A DNA stretch of 24,000 nt from Nodosilinea sp. LEGE 07088. GTDB taxonomy: Bacteria; Cyanobacteriota; Cyanobacteriia; Phormidesmidales; Phormidesmidaceae. The position numbers were made by a program, and so were the translations under genes. The first letter of the stretch is position 1; each line of letters starts with the position of its first letter. Location of the stretch: assembly GCF_015207395.1 (NCBI RefSeq), contig NZ_JADEWX010000057.1, positions 7,235-31,234 on the forward strand. Reading direction: 5' to 3'. The notes below the pieces were generated by a model that saw only the letters and a program-made list of their open reading frames with translations, had not been told where the DNA came from and made no database searches. Shown here piece by piece: positions 7,731 to 16,877 of this stretch.

Positions 7731-9266
7731 TCAAATGGTGGTTTGAGTTTGACGTGTGGTCGTATCGCCCACCTTTTGGAAGTAGCCCCATTCCACCTGC
7801 TCAATGTCTAGATCGGGGTCAACGCCCGAGAATACATCCTGGAAGATGGCGCGGAGGCCGTGCCAGATGTGACCAAAGAACCAGACCAGTGCAAAGCAGG
7901 CGTGGAAGAAGGCGAAGAAGCCCCGGTTGCTGGTTCTAAAGGCCCCGTCAGAGTTGTAAACCTCACGGTCAAAATCGAAGGGCTCTCCTAGCTGGGCCTT
8001 ACGGGCATACTGCTTAACCTGGGTGGGGTCGCTAAAGGTTTTGCCGTTGAGCAGCCCGCCCAAAAAGCTGACGGTAACGCCGGTTTGCTCGAAGCTGTAT
8101 TTAGAGTCCATGCGGCGGAAGGGAATGTCGGCTCGGATCAGGCCGTCTCTGTCGGTCAGCAGCACCGGGAAGTTCTCGAAGAAGTTGGGGATGCGACGCA
8201 CCGTTAGATCTCGACCTTCTTGATCTTTGAAGACGGGGTGGCCCAGCCAGCCGGTGGGTAAACCGTCGCCATCGACCATGCGTCCCACCCGGAACAGGCC
8301 GCCCTTGGCAGGGCTATTGCCGACGTAGTCGTAAAAGGCGAGCTTTTCGGGAATGGCGGCCCAGGCTTCGGGTAGGCTCTTACCAGCTCTTACCCCGGAC
8401 TGCACGCGGCGATCAATTTCTTTTTGAAAGTAAGCCTGATCCCACTGGTAGCGGGTTGGCCCCCACAGCTCGATCGGGGTGGTGGCGGTACCGTACCACA
8501 TGGTGCCAGTGGCAATGAACCCGGCGCAGAAAAAGACCGCCAGGCTACTGGCCAGCACCGATTCTATGTTGCCCATGCGCAGGCCCCGGAATAGATTTTC
8601 GGGGGGGCGCACGAAAATATGAAACAGGCCGCCGATAATGACGACGATGCCGAGGGCAATGTGGTGGGCCACGACGCCACCAGGGTTTTGGGGGTCAAAG
8701 CCCGCTGGGCCCCAGTCTGGGGCCACCCCCTGGACGTGGCCGGTGAGGCCAAAGGGGTCTGAAACCCACATGCCGGGGCCAAAGATGCCGGTCAGGTGGA
8801 AGGCCCCAAAGCCAAAGCAGAGCAGCCCGGCCAGCAAAAGATGAATACCAAAAACCTTGGGTAAATCGATCACGGGCTCGTCGGTCTTGGGGTCGAAGAA
8901 GGTGGCGACATCCCAATACACCCAGTGCCAGCAGGCGGCTAAAAACTCTAGGCCTGCGAAGACAATATGGGCGGCGGCGACCATCTCAAAGGTCCAAAAC
9001 CCGGGGTCGGCAAAGGTGTCGCCGGTAATGCTCCAGCCCTGCCAGGAGTTGGTTACCCCCAAGCGGGCGACAAAGGGCATCAGAAAGCAGCCCTGCCGCC
9101 ACATGGGGTTGAGCACCGGGTTGGTGGGGTCGTAGCGAGCGAGCTCAAACAACAGCATTGAGCCGGCAAACCCGGCACAGAGGGCGTTGTGCATGAGGTG
9201 TACCGCTATAAGCCGCCCTGGGTCGTTGATGACCGAGGTGTGAACGCGATACCAGGGAAGTCCCAT
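7731..9266 (-). CDS. psbB2: Photosystem II CP47 chlorophyll apoprotein, far-red paralog
   Basis: [10 protein letters not shown]... start and full-length CP47 (511 aa) with the large lumenal loop. Cluster context. Confidence 0.93.
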   Translation of the reverse strand: MGLPWYRVHTSVINDPGRLIAVHLMHNALCAGFAGSMLLFELARYDPTNPVLNPMWRQGCFLMPFVARLGVTNSWQGWSITGDTFADPGFWTFEMVAAAHIVFAGLEFLAACWHWVYWDVATFFDPKTDEPVIDLPKVFGIHLLLAGLLCFGFGAFHLTGIFGPGMWVSDPFGLTGHVQGVAPDWGPAGFDPQNPGGVVAHHIALGIVVIIGGLFHIFVRPPENLFRGLRMGNIESVLASSLAVFFCAGFIATGTMWYGTATTPIELWGPTRYQWDQAYFQKEIDRRVQSGVRAGKSLPEAWAAIPEKLAFYDYVGNSPAKGGLFRVGRMVDGDGLPTGWLGHPVFKDQEGRDLTVRRIPNFFENFPVLLTDRDGLIRADIPFRRMDSKYSFEQTGVTVSFLGGLLNGKTFSDPTQVKQYARKAQLGEPFDFDREVYNSDGAFRTSNRGFFAFFHACFALVWFFGHIWHGLRAIFQDVFSGVDPDLDIEQVEWGYFQKVGDTTTRQTQTTI

Positions 9267-9429
9267 GGCGTTGTTCTCCTTGTTAATAGACAGAAGGCAG
9301 AAGAGGCGGAGGCGGAAGATAGGCTTGTAGCGTGGGTCAGGCTCCCTAGAGATCAGGCGATCGCCCCAGAGAGAAAAAGCGGGTAAACCTACGAGGACAG
9401 CCAGCCAGATTCACCCGCGATCGCTATAC

Positions 9430-10893
9430 CTATCGTTCGCTGGGGTCGATGGGCGGCATGGAGAGCACCGGCTCGTTTTTGCGATCGATGCCGACAATGA
9501 ACCCCGCCGCCGTCGCCCGCGCCAGCCCGGCGTGCCACCAGTGCCCCACTAAGAAGAAGAAGGCGAAGATAAAGTGGGCCGAGGCCAGCCAGGTGCGCGG
9601 CGAAACGTAGTTAAACGCGTTGGTTTCCGTCGCCAGACCGGCCACCGAGTTGATCGAGCCCAGGGGGGCGTGGGTCATGTATTCTGAGGCGCGGCGCACC
9701 TGCCAGGGCTGGACGTCGTTTCTGAGTTTATTTAGGTCTAGGCCGTTGGTGCCGCGCAGGGGTTCTAGCCAGGGAGCCTTGGCATCCCAAAAGCGCATGG
9801 TTTCGCCGCCAAAGATAATTTCTCCACTGGGCGATCGCTGTAGATACTTACCCAACCCGGTCGGCCCCTGGGCCGACGCGATGTCGGCCCCCAAGCCCTG
9901 GTCGCGCACCAAAAACACCAGCGACTGCGCCTGGGATGCCTCGGGAATCGTCGGGCCGTAGAACTCGCTGGGGTAAACCGTATTGTTAAACCAGATGAAC
10001 GCCGTGGCGATAAAGGCCTGCCCGGCAATGTTGCCCAGGCTCTGGGCCAGATAGGTTTCCCCACTCCAGGGGTAGAGGTTGTGGGTCCAGCGCAGGGGCG
10101 GTACCAAAATGTGCCAAATGCCGCCGATCACCAGCAGCGAGCCGATCCAAATGTGGCCGCCGATCACGTCTTCTAAATTGTCGACGCCGATAATCCAGCC
10201 GCTGCCGCCGTAGGGGCTATGAAACAGGTAGCCAAAAATAATCCGGGGGTCGAGGGTGGGGTTGGTGATCAGCCGCACGTCGCCGCCGCCCGGAGCCCAG
10301 GGGTCGTACAGGCCGCCCCAGAACATGGCTTTGCAGACAAACAGCAGGGCAAAAATGCCCAGAACACCGATGTGGAAGCCCAAAATTTGGGCCACCTTGG
10401 CGCGATCGCCCCAGTCAAAGTCAAAATAGCCCGAGAGCTTTTCTGGCCCGCGCAGGGCGTGGTAGAGGCCGCCAAAGCCCAAAATCGCCGAGCCAATCAG
10501 GTGAATGACCCCGATGGCAAAGAACGGGAAAATGTCGATGATTTCGCCGCCGTGGCCGACGCCAAAGCCCAGGGTGGCAATGTGGGGCATGAGAATGCAG
10601 CCCTGCTCGTACATGGGCTGGGCCGGGTTGTAGTGGCTCACCTCAAACAGCAGCATGCCCCCGGCCCAAAAGGCCAGTAGGGCCGCGTGGGCGATGTGGG
10701 CACCCAAAAAACGGCCAGTTAGATCGGTGGTGATCAGTCGAGCATTGCCTGCCCACCAGGCGTAGCCGCTGGATTCCTCGTCGTAGCCAGCTTTATTGGA
10801 GGTATTGCGATCCCCTTCGTTAACGAAGGGGGTGAGGGTGTTGAGCGAAATGTTGTCTAGTGAAGATGCGATCGGTTCTATGGGGGTTTCCAC
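9430..10893 (-). CDS. psbC2: Photosystem II CP43 chlorophyll apoprotein, far-red paralog (probable GTG start at 10893)
   Basis: [11 protein letters not shown]...[22 protein letters not shown] is the CP43 N-terminal signature. AAGGAG lies 11 nt upstream of the in-frame GTG at 10891-10893. The longer ORF to 10977 would begin inside a perfect palindrome. Confidence 0.88.
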   Translation of the reverse strand: METPIEPIASSLDNISLNTLTPFVNEGDRNTSNKAGYDEESSGYAWWAGNARLITTDLTGRFLGAHIAHAALLAFWAGGMLLFEVSHYNPAQPMYEQGCILMPHIATLGFGVGHGGEIIDIFPFFAIGVIHLIGSAILGFGGLYHALRGPEKLSGYFDFDWGDRAKVAQILGFHIGVLGIFALLFVCKAMFWGGLYDPWAPGGGDVRLITNPTLDPRIIFGYLFHSPYGGSGWIIGVDNLEDVIGGHIWIGSLLVIGGIWHILVPPLRWTHNLYPWSGETYLAQSLGNIAGQAFIATAFIWFNNTVYPSEFYGPTIPEASQAQSLVFLVRDQGLGADIASAQGPTGLGKYLQRSPSGEIIFGGETMRFWDAKAPWLEPLRGTNGLDLNKLRNDVQPWQVRRASEYMTHAPLGSINSVAGLATETNAFNYVSPRTWLASAHFIFAFFFLVGHWWHAGLARATAAGFIVGIDRKNEPVLSMPPIDPSER

Positions 10894-10945
10894 AGGGGTT
10901 AAATCTCCTTGAAAACAGTCAATCTTGAAAAGAAACTGATGAGCT

Positions 10946-10979
10946 GGGTGAGGGGCGCACCGCGGTGCGCCCCTCACCC
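10946..10979 (-). other. Perfect 34-nt GC-rich palindrome in the psbD3-psbC2 junction
   Basis: GGGTGAGGGGCGCACCG|CGGTGCGCCCCTCACCC. It starts 1 nt after the psbD3 stop codon (10981-10983). Confidence 0.6.
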
Positions 10980-10980
10980 C

Positions 10981-12039
10981 CTATTCACCAACGCCGCGAG
11001 GCAGCACCTCTTCGGGGAAGACAAACTTTTTGGCGGGTTGGTCAAGCTCGCTCATCCAGGCCCGCACCCCTTCGTTGAGCAATATATTTTTGGTGTAGAA
11101 GGTCTCAAACTCAGGGTCTTGGGCCGCCCGAATTTCCTGGCTAACAAAGTCGTAGGCCCGCAGGTTAAAGGCCAGGCCAATCATGCCGATGGCGCTCATC
11201 CACAGGCCTGTGACCGGCACAAATAGCATGAAGAAATGCAGCCAGCGCTTGTTTGAAAACGCGATGCCAAAGATCTGCGACCAGAATCGATTGGCGGTCA
11301 CCATGGAATAGGTTTCCTCGGCCTGGGTGGTCGAAAATCCTTTAAAGGTGTTTTTGCCAGTGGAGTCTCTATACAGCGTGTTTTGTACCGTCGCCCCGTG
11401 AATGGCGCAGAGCAGAGCCGCCCCCAGCACCCCGGTCACCCCCATCATGTGAAAGGGGTTGAGGGTGTAGTTGTGAAATCCCTGGAAAAATAAGAGAAAT
11501 CGAAAGATAGCGGCGACGCCGAAGCCGGGGCCAAAAAACCAGCTCGACTGCCCCAGGGGATACATCAAAAAGGTGGCCACAAAGACCGCAATCGGGGCAG
11601 AAAAGGCGATCGCATTGTAGGGCCTGAGACCCACCAGCCGCGCCACTTCAATTTGCCGCAGCATAAAGCCCATTAGTCCCAGCACGCCGTGAAACGCAAT
11701 GAAATTCCACAGTCCGCCGATCTGGCACCAGCGGGTAAAGTCGCCGCCGGCCTCTGGCCCCCACAAAAACAGCAGGGAATGCCCCATGCTTTCCGCCGGG
11801 GTGGACACCGCCACGGTTAAAAAGTTGCAGCCCTCTAAATAGGAGCTGACCAGGCCGTGGGTGTACCAGGAGGTCACAAAGGAGGTGCCGGTAAACCAGG
11901 CCCCAATGGCAAGATAAGAACAGGGAAATAGCAGCAGCCCCGACCAGCCAATAAACACAAAGCGATCGCGCTTGAGCCAGTCGTCAAGGGTGCCAAGCCA
12001 GCCCTGGGCCGACTTGAGACTGCCCATGGTAGTTGTCAT
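10981..12039 (-). CDS. psbD3: Photosystem II D2 protein, far-red paralog
   Basis: [23 protein letters not shown] signature, 352 aa, and a C-terminus FPEEVLPRG. It lies directly upstream of psbC2. Confidence 0.93.
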   Translation of the reverse strand: MTTTMGSLKSAQGWLGTLDDWLKRDRFVFIGWSGLLLFPCSYLAIGAWFTGTSFVTSWYTHGLVSSYLEGCNFLTVAVSTPAESMGHSLLFLWGPEAGGDFTRWCQIGGLWNFIAFHGVLGLMGFMLRQIEVARLVGLRPYNAIAFSAPIAVFVATFLMYPLGQSSWFFGPGFGVAAIFRFLLFFQGFHNYTLNPFHMMGVTGVLGAALLCAIHGATVQNTLYRDSTGKNTFKGFSTTQAEETYSMVTANRFWSQIFGIAFSNKRWLHFFMLFVPVTGLWMSAIGMIGLAFNLRAYDFVSQEIRAAQDPEFETFYTKNILLNEGVRAWMSELDQPAKKFVFPEEVLPRGVGE

Positions 12040-12107
12040 AACGTAGTCCTCTGGGTTCAGAATGATGGTTTGAAAGCTAGATATAGGAATAGGCGAGTAC
12101 CTAGTAC

Positions 12108-12205
12108 TGAAAGGCAGAAGGCAGAGGCAGAGGACGCATCCCAGATATCACAAGGGTTTCCGCGTTAGTAAATAGGTGAGTTATTGCCGCCTCAGAATGC
12201 CTGGC
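12108..12205 (+). repeat. Dispersed repeat copy 1: short GGCAGAR array plus a conserved ~55-nt tail
   Basis: TGAAAGGCAGAAGGCAGAGGCAGAGG, then AGGGTTTCCGCGTTAGTAAATAGGTGAGTTATTGCCGCC. It aligns with 18787-18946 at roughly 70% identity over the tail by eye. Confidence 0.6.
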
Positions 12206-12239
12206 CGATATAGGTTGCCGTGCTGTAGAAAGCTGTGGT

Positions 12240-12773
12240 TTACACCACCGGAATACTCTCGCCAACGCCGTCGTTGATGAAGTACGGCGGGCCGGGTAGA
12301 GCGATGTACTGAATGATTTGATCGAAGTACGGAATCACCTCCTCGGCGGTGGCGGCGTCAAGCTGTTTAATCGCCTCGGCCTTGAGACAGCGCATGTATT
12401 GCAGAATGTTGGTCAGGGGAATGCCGACGTTGGCATAGAGATCTTTCATGCCGGTGAGGCCAATCTCTTGCAGGGGCCGGTCGTTGCCTGCCAGCAGGCA
12501 GTAGCTGATCAGGCGAATGTACCAGCCCACGTCGCGTTTGGCCGATGCCGTTTTGATCCGGTTGCCAGAGTTGCTGGGGGTTCTGGGGCAAATTTTCCAG
12601 AACTGCCGGGTGCCCTTTTCCACAATGGTGGGGGCCTTGGCCTCGAGTTGTTTGACGAGCTGAATGCGCTCTGCCCCAGACTGGCAAAAGGTTTGAATCA
12701 TGCGCAGTTCCCCAGGGGTGGGGTAGCGCAGCTCTTCGTCGGCGTTGAGAATAACTTGCTTGATTAAACTCAT
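12240..12773 (-). CDS. apcD3: Far-red allophycocyanin alpha-type paralog lacking the canonical Cys81 and carrying a C-terminal extension
   Basis: Globin-like phycobiliprotein alpha fold (MSLIKQVILNADEELRYPTPGEL...). The site aligned to ApcA ATCLRDLDYY reads TASAKRDVGWY (Cys to Ala). There are about 17 extra C-terminal residues (LPGPPYFINDGVGESIPVV). The paralog number is assigned from gene order as I recall it from published FaRLiP clusters. Confidence 0.8.
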   Translation of the reverse strand: MSLIKQVILNADEELRYPTPGELRMIQTFCQSGAERIQLVKQLEAKAPTIVEKGTRQFWKICPRTPSNSGNRIKTASAKRDVGWYIRLISYCLLAGNDRPLQEIGLTGMKDLYANVGIPLTNILQYMRCLKAEAIKQLDAATAEEVIPYFDQIIQYIALPGPPYFINDGVGESIPVV

Positions 12774-12995
12774 GGATTTATGCAGAAAGTAAACAGGTGA
12801 AATCGTTGGCGTTTATATTCAGTTCCAATCCAGCGGGCTGAGCTTAGATTCTGTAAACCTGAATGCCGCCAAACCAGCCAATGGCAATGCGATAGCTGAA
12901 GATAGCCCGCAGCTTTTTGCGCCAGTGAAAGATAGCTGCCAATGGGTTTGGCCAAAGATTCAGGGGCCGGTTAGCCGCAGAGAGGTGGGTTCGGG

Positions 12996-15383
12996 TCATG
13001 GTGAATTGGCCTCCGAGGGCTGGGCCGCTGTCGCCATCGGCTCGGGCTTTGCTGCCGGAGGCGAGGACGGATGCCCGTTGTGGGCTGCAGCCTCCGGGGC
13101 GAGGTTGGGTACTGGCGATGGTGCCATTGACGCTGGCTCCGCCTGGCGATCCAGCACCGCTACGGCAGAAGCACTCTGGGCGGTACTCTGGGCAGCACTC
13201 TGGGCGGCACTCTGGGCGGCACTCTGGGCAGTACTCTGGGCGGCCATCCACTCGCCAGCGATGGCGGGGTTGTGGCGGGGCTTGCCCCAGGCGGTGGGGC
13301 CCTGGGGCGATCGCAGGGCATAGCCCCGGGGGGTCAGGTAGCGATCGTAGGGCACCGTTTCATCCCCAAATACCTGGGCGTATTCAGGGCTGTCGATGAT
13401 GGCATCGACCAGGGCATAAAAGCCCGCTTTACCGGCGATGTCGTAGTAGCGGTTGAGCTCTGCGCGGCCATAGGTGGGGCGGCCCAGCAGGCGGCGGTGA
13501 ATGCATTCAATTGACTTAGTGATGTACAGGTTTTCCCAATACATCTGTCGAAAGGCACGGGAGTAGGCGAGCTGGCGGACAAAGTCTCGCAGGGTAATCT
13601 CGCCGCCCTTGAGTTTGGTTTCGGCCACATCCTGCCGCTGGCTGTCGAACACCTCGCGGCCAAACACCTGACGGTAGGCTCCGAGAATGACAGCATCCAT
13701 AGAGTGATGGGCAAGATTCACGTTGGGGCCCTGGGGATGGCTACCCCGCTCGGGCTGGTGGGAGGGCTCCAGCTTAAACACCGACTGGCCAAACAGCCCC
13801 GGCACTCGGCCCAGGTGGGCTGAGGCATTGGGCTCAACGTGCCCATTGTGTCGCCGACCATTCTGCAGCCCGCTGCTGATTAAAATGCGGCGGCTAGTCG
13901 AGCTAAAGTGGGCCGGTTGGGCACTGGGGTGGCGGGTTTCGTCGGGGAAGATCGCCCCAAACTGAATCTCTAAGGGGTCGTTGCCCACGCCGTAGGGGTG
14001 CTGATCGGGCAGCGGTTTTTGGGCGCGGGCAAAGGTGGTGACAAACTGAGGTACCTTGCGGGCCGGGGCGCTGTACTTAAATAGGTCAAGCTGCGGCCCC
14101 CAGTTGCGGCATTCCTGCGCCTCTATCCCTAGACCCCTGAGGTAGGGTACGGTCTCTTCGCCAAAGTAGTCGGCGTACTCCTGGGAGTCGACCAGGGCAT
14201 CGACCAGGGCGGGCAGGCCCCCCTCGGAGATCACGTCGAAGTAGGTCTGAAATTCTTCTAGGCAGCTCAGCCCGCGACCCAAGAAATGCCGATGGGCCAG
14301 CTCAATCACCCGGCTAATCGTAAACGGCTCGTAGAACTCGCGCCGGTAGAGCCGCGATTTGCCCAGGTGCCGCACAAACTCTTTCATGGAATACAAGCCG
14401 CTTCTGAGCTTTGACTCCAGATCGCTCGCGGCCAAGCCGTAGGCCTGGGTTACATCGCGCTCAAGCACCTGGCGGTAGGCGGCGCGAATGGCCTCCTGAA
14501 GTTCGGTCTCCGACAGCCCTGGTTTAACGACTAGCTTGGGCGTCGGCAGCGCGCTCTGGTAATAGCTCTGGGGCAGGGGCTGCCCAGGGTGGAGTTTCGA
14601 CACGCCAATGCGCAGCCGATCGTCGGGCTTTTCCACCAGGTAGTCGGTGATCAGTACCTCAAAGTAGCGCTTGACCAGGGCGGCGGCATTGCTATCGGGC
14701 AGCAGGCACTGACCCGCCTTCCACTGCATTTCTCGCAGGGCGACGACGGTGGCCAGCGTCACATCTTCGGGAATGACGCCCCGCAACCCCCGAGTGTTGA
14801 CGGTGATAATGCTGGTGTCGCCCGCCACCATGGCGTAGGTGACGTAGCGCAAAAACCAGGCCAGATCGCGCATCGAGCGCTTCATCCGCGCCGTGCCGTA
14901 CTTGGCAATGCTGATGGTGCGAAATCGACTGGGAACGCTGGGCCGACCCTGGGCAAAGAGTGACGCGATCTGATCCACCAGGGTATTGGTAGAGTCGATT
15001 GACTGAGGCTCTTTGAACTGGGTTATTGAGGTGCCCTTGCCACGTCGGTGGCGGACGTTAGCCGACAAATAGTCTTCGCCGATGTAATATCTTGAACCGG
15101 GCATGCCGATGGGGTCGGTGGGCCGTTCGAGATAAGCCATCGGCGAACCGCCGGTAAAAATACGGTTGGCCCCTGCGGCCACAATTTTGTCGGCGTTTTG
15201 CGTCAGCGCGGCAGCGATTTCCAGGCGCTTTTGCCCCGACTCAAAAAAGGCCGAGAGGGTTTTGAGCTCGCTGGATTTTGGGTAGCGATCGCGCTGTTCG
15301 GCCTCGGCAATTACGGCCGTGGGCACGGTATGAAATGCTTGCGGGTGAGTAACTGGGCTGCCCCCGTTGGTCCGATTAGTCAT
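12996..15383 (-). CDS. apcE2: Far-red phycobilisome core-membrane linker with two REP domains (start at ATG 15383)
   Basis: The N-terminus MTNRTNGGSPVTHPQAFHTVP aligns with the canonical ApcE start. It has a phycobiliprotein-like domain with a loop insertion and two linker REP domains (YRQVLERD...VDSQEYADYFGEETVPY and YRQVFGRE...IDSPEYAQVFGDETVPY). The upstream TTG at 15416 is less likely. Confidence 0.9.
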   Translation of the reverse strand: MTNRTNGGSPVTHPQAFHTVPTAVIAEAEQRDRYPKSSELKTLSAFFESGQKRLEIAAALTQNADKIVAAGANRIFTGGSPMAYLERPTDPIGMPGSRYYIGEDYLSANVRHRRGKGTSITQFKEPQSIDSTNTLVDQIASLFAQGRPSVPSRFRTISIAKYGTARMKRSMRDLAWFLRYVTYAMVAGDTSIITVNTRGLRGVIPEDVTLATVVALREMQWKAGQCLLPDSNAAALVKRYFEVLITDYLVEKPDDRLRIGVSKLHPGQPLPQSYYQSALPTPKLVVKPGLSETELQEAIRAAYRQVLERDVTQAYGLAASDLESKLRSGLYSMKEFVRHLGKSRLYRREFYEPFTISRVIELAHRHFLGRGLSCLEEFQTYFDVISEGGLPALVDALVDSQEYADYFGEETVPYLRGLGIEAQECRNWGPQLDLFKYSAPARKVPQFVTTFARAQKPLPDQHPYGVGNDPLEIQFGAIFPDETRHPSAQPAHFSSTSRRILISSGLQNGRRHNGHVEPNASAHLGRVPGLFGQSVFKLEPSHQPERGSHPQGPNVNLAHHSMDAVILGAYRQVFGREVFDSQRQDVAETKLKGGEITLRDFVRQLAYSRAFRQMYWENLYITKSIECIHRRLLGRPTYGRAELNRYYDIAGKAGFYALVDAIIDSPEYAQVFGDETVPYDRYLTPRGYALRSPQGPTAWGKPRHNPAIAGEWMAAQSTAQSAAQSAAQSAAQSTAQSASAVAVLDRQAEPASMAPSPVPNLAPEAAAHNGHPSSPPAAKPEPMATAAQPSEANSP
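13173..13244 (-). repeat. Six tandem 12-nt units (ACTCTGGGCRGY on the plus strand) encoding (AQSA/T)n in the apcE2 tail
   Basis: Counted directly: units at 13173, 13185, 13197, 13209, 13221 and 13233. They translate as AAQSTAQSAAQSAAQSAAQSTAQSA. Confidence 0.9.
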
Positions 15384-15445
15384 GGTGGGTATGGCTCGCT
15401 TGGGTTGGTTGGGCAATACGGCTGGCGAATATGGCTATCGCTGAT

Positions 15446-15925
15446 CTAGGGCGTCATGCCCTGAATCAGGTAGTCAAAGTAAGGCCCCACTTCGGCCCTG
15501 TCTTCAAGGGTGAGCAGATCCAGGGCGGCGTCTTTGAGGCAGCGCATGCACTCGACGACGTTTCTAAGCGGAATTTCTAGCGACCTGTACATTTCCTTAG
15601 CGCCCTTCAGACCGCTGGTCTGGATCGGGTCAATATCGCCAACCACAATGGCGTAGGTAATCAGCCGCACGTACCAGCCCTGATCGCGCAGGCAGGAAGC
15701 CCGAAAAGTAGGGTTGCCGCTGTTGCTGGGGGTAATCTGACAGCGCTGCCAAAACGCTTCGCTGCCTTTCTCGACAATTTTTTCGATGTTGGCTGTCAAA
15801 ATTGAGGCAATCCGCAGACGCTGATCGCCGTCTTCAAAAAAGCTGCGCAGGGCATTGAGTTCGCCCTGGCTCAGATAACGAGCCTCGCGATCGGCATTGG
15901 CGATCGCTTGAGTAATGATGCTCAT
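15446..15925 (-). CDS. apcD2: Far-red allophycocyanin alpha-type paralog
   Basis: MSIITQAIANADREARYLSQGEL. The bilin Cys is retained (RASCLRDQGWYVRL). 159 aa. The paralog number is assigned from gene order. Confidence 0.85.
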   Translation of the reverse strand: MSIITQAIANADREARYLSQGELNALRSFFEDGDQRLRIASILTANIEKIVEKGSEAFWQRCQITPSNSGNPTFRASCLRDQGWYVRLITYAIVVGDIDPIQTSGLKGAKEMYRSLEIPLRNVVECMRCLKDAALDLLTLEDRAEVGPYFDYLIQGMTP

Positions 15926-15960
15926 GGTTTGATCACGATAGTTACATCAAGGGCAACAAA

Positions 15961-16075
15961 GGAGTATCGACTTAAAGCGGGATAAATCTCTGAGGCAGCC
16001 GTCAGAAGTCAGGAGCCAAGAATCGAGAGCTAGGAGCGCGCAGCTTTCTGCCCTCTGCCTTCTGTCTTCTGTCTT
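15961..16075 (+). repeat. Dispersed intergenic repeat copy A (AAAGCGGG...CAGCCGTCAGAAG...) followed by an inverted heptamer-like tract
   Basis: 15961-16040 aligns with the reverse complement of 17590-17672. 16046-16075 (TTCTGCCCTCTGCCTTCTGTCTTCTGTCTT) is the complement orientation of the GGCAGAA-type repeat. Confidence 0.6.
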
Positions 16076-16088
16076 AGTTGAGGGTGAT

Positions 16089-16119
16089 GCGGGTGTCCAA
16101 CCGTCAAATCGACACCCGC
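16089..16119 (-). other. Intercistronic stem-loop between apcB2 and apcD2
   Basis: GCGGGTGTC (16089-16097) pairs with GACACCCGC (16111-16119), a 9-bp stem with a 13-nt loop. Confidence 0.4.
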
Positions 16120-16169
16120 CATCTCCCCTTAACGCGTTCCGGGAGAGCAGAACGCATAGATGACACGCG

Positions 16170-16655
16170 CTAGCTCAGCCCCGTGCAAATGTGGTCAAAG
16201 TAGAGCCCCATTTCTTTGCCGGCGTCTGCGCCGAGCATTTCGGTGGTGACCTCTTTCATGGCCTGCACCGCCCGCACCGTCGCCCCCACCGGCACGCCAA
16301 GGGAGTTATAGGTTTCGCGCAGCCCGTTGAGCACGCGCTCGTCTAAAATCGACGGGTCACCGGCCAGCATGGCGTAGGTGGCATAGCGCAGAAAATAGTC
16401 CATATCGCGCACGCAGGCGGCGTACCGACGACAGGTGTACATGTTGCCGCCGGGGGCGGTGATATCGGTATAGAGCAGCGATTTGGCGGTGGTGCGGGTG
16501 ACGATGGTAGACGCATTAGCGCTGATGGTCATGGCGGCTCGGGCCCGCAGTTCGCCGCTGCGAAAGTAGTCTTGCAGGTTGTTGAGTGACGACTCATCCA
16601 GATATTTGCCCTGGGTATCGGAGGTGTTAATCAGGGTCGTAATAGCGTCTTGCAT
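16170..16655 (-). CDS. apcB2: Far-red allophycocyanin beta paralog
   Basis: [20 protein letters not shown]... is a beta-type N-terminus. Cys82 context is [13 protein letters not shown]. 161 aa. Confidence 0.9.
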   Translation of the reverse strand: MQDAITTLINTSDTQGKYLDESSLNNLQDYFRSGELRARAAMTISANASTIVTRTTAKSLLYTDITAPGGNMYTCRRYAACVRDMDYFLRYATYAMLAGDPSILDERVLNGLRETYNSLGVPVGATVRAVQAMKEVTTEMLGADAGKEMGLYFDHICTGLS

Positions 16656-16877
16656 GGGTTAATTCCTGCGATGTAATAGTTGTTAAACAAATCGATTGAT
16701 TGCTCAGTAAAGAGCCCCAACTCAACAATGCTGTGATGTGGTGACATTGGCGCAGCTATGGCTGTAGGGCTATTAGCCCAACGGGCCACTGCGGTTAGTT
16801 GAGATGCGTTACGCGGGGCGTTGGCGCACCCTACACTCAATGCCATTTCCCCTCAGGAGGGGGTGGGGCTCAAGCTT

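Noticed and set aside
10894-10977. Extra 28 N-terminal codons of the psbC2 ORF ([14 protein letters not shown]...)
   Set aside because: The ATG lies inside the 34-nt perfect palindrome and the peptide looks non-protein-like. AAGGAG plus an in-frame GTG at 10893 gives a CP43-like N-terminus.
12040-12107. Weak resemblance of the psbD3 upstream region (CTAGGTACTCGCCTATTCCTATATCTAGCTTTCAAA in gene sense) to the half-site/-10 promoter architecture
   Set aside because: Aligning it requires two gaps, the TTCAT half-sites are absent and the spacing is not preserved. It is not distinguishable from chance by eye.
12844-13251. ORF with a striking PECRPECRPEC repeat, plus overlapping ORFs 12925..13323 and 12998..13399
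   Set aside because: These are alternative-frame or opposite-strand readings of the 12-nt tandem repeat inside the apcE2 tail. The apcE2 frame is continuous with recognisable REP domains, so they are shadow ORFs.
15384-15416. TTG start extending apcE2 by 11 codons
   Set aside because: Homology to canonical ApcE N-termini begins at the ATG at 15383 (MTNRTNGGSPVTHPQAFHTVP).
16848-16865. CCCCTCAGGAGGGG palindrome after apcD5 as a possible terminator
   Set aside because: The 6-bp stem has only a 2-nt loop, which is sterically implausible as a stable hairpin, and no U-tract follows.
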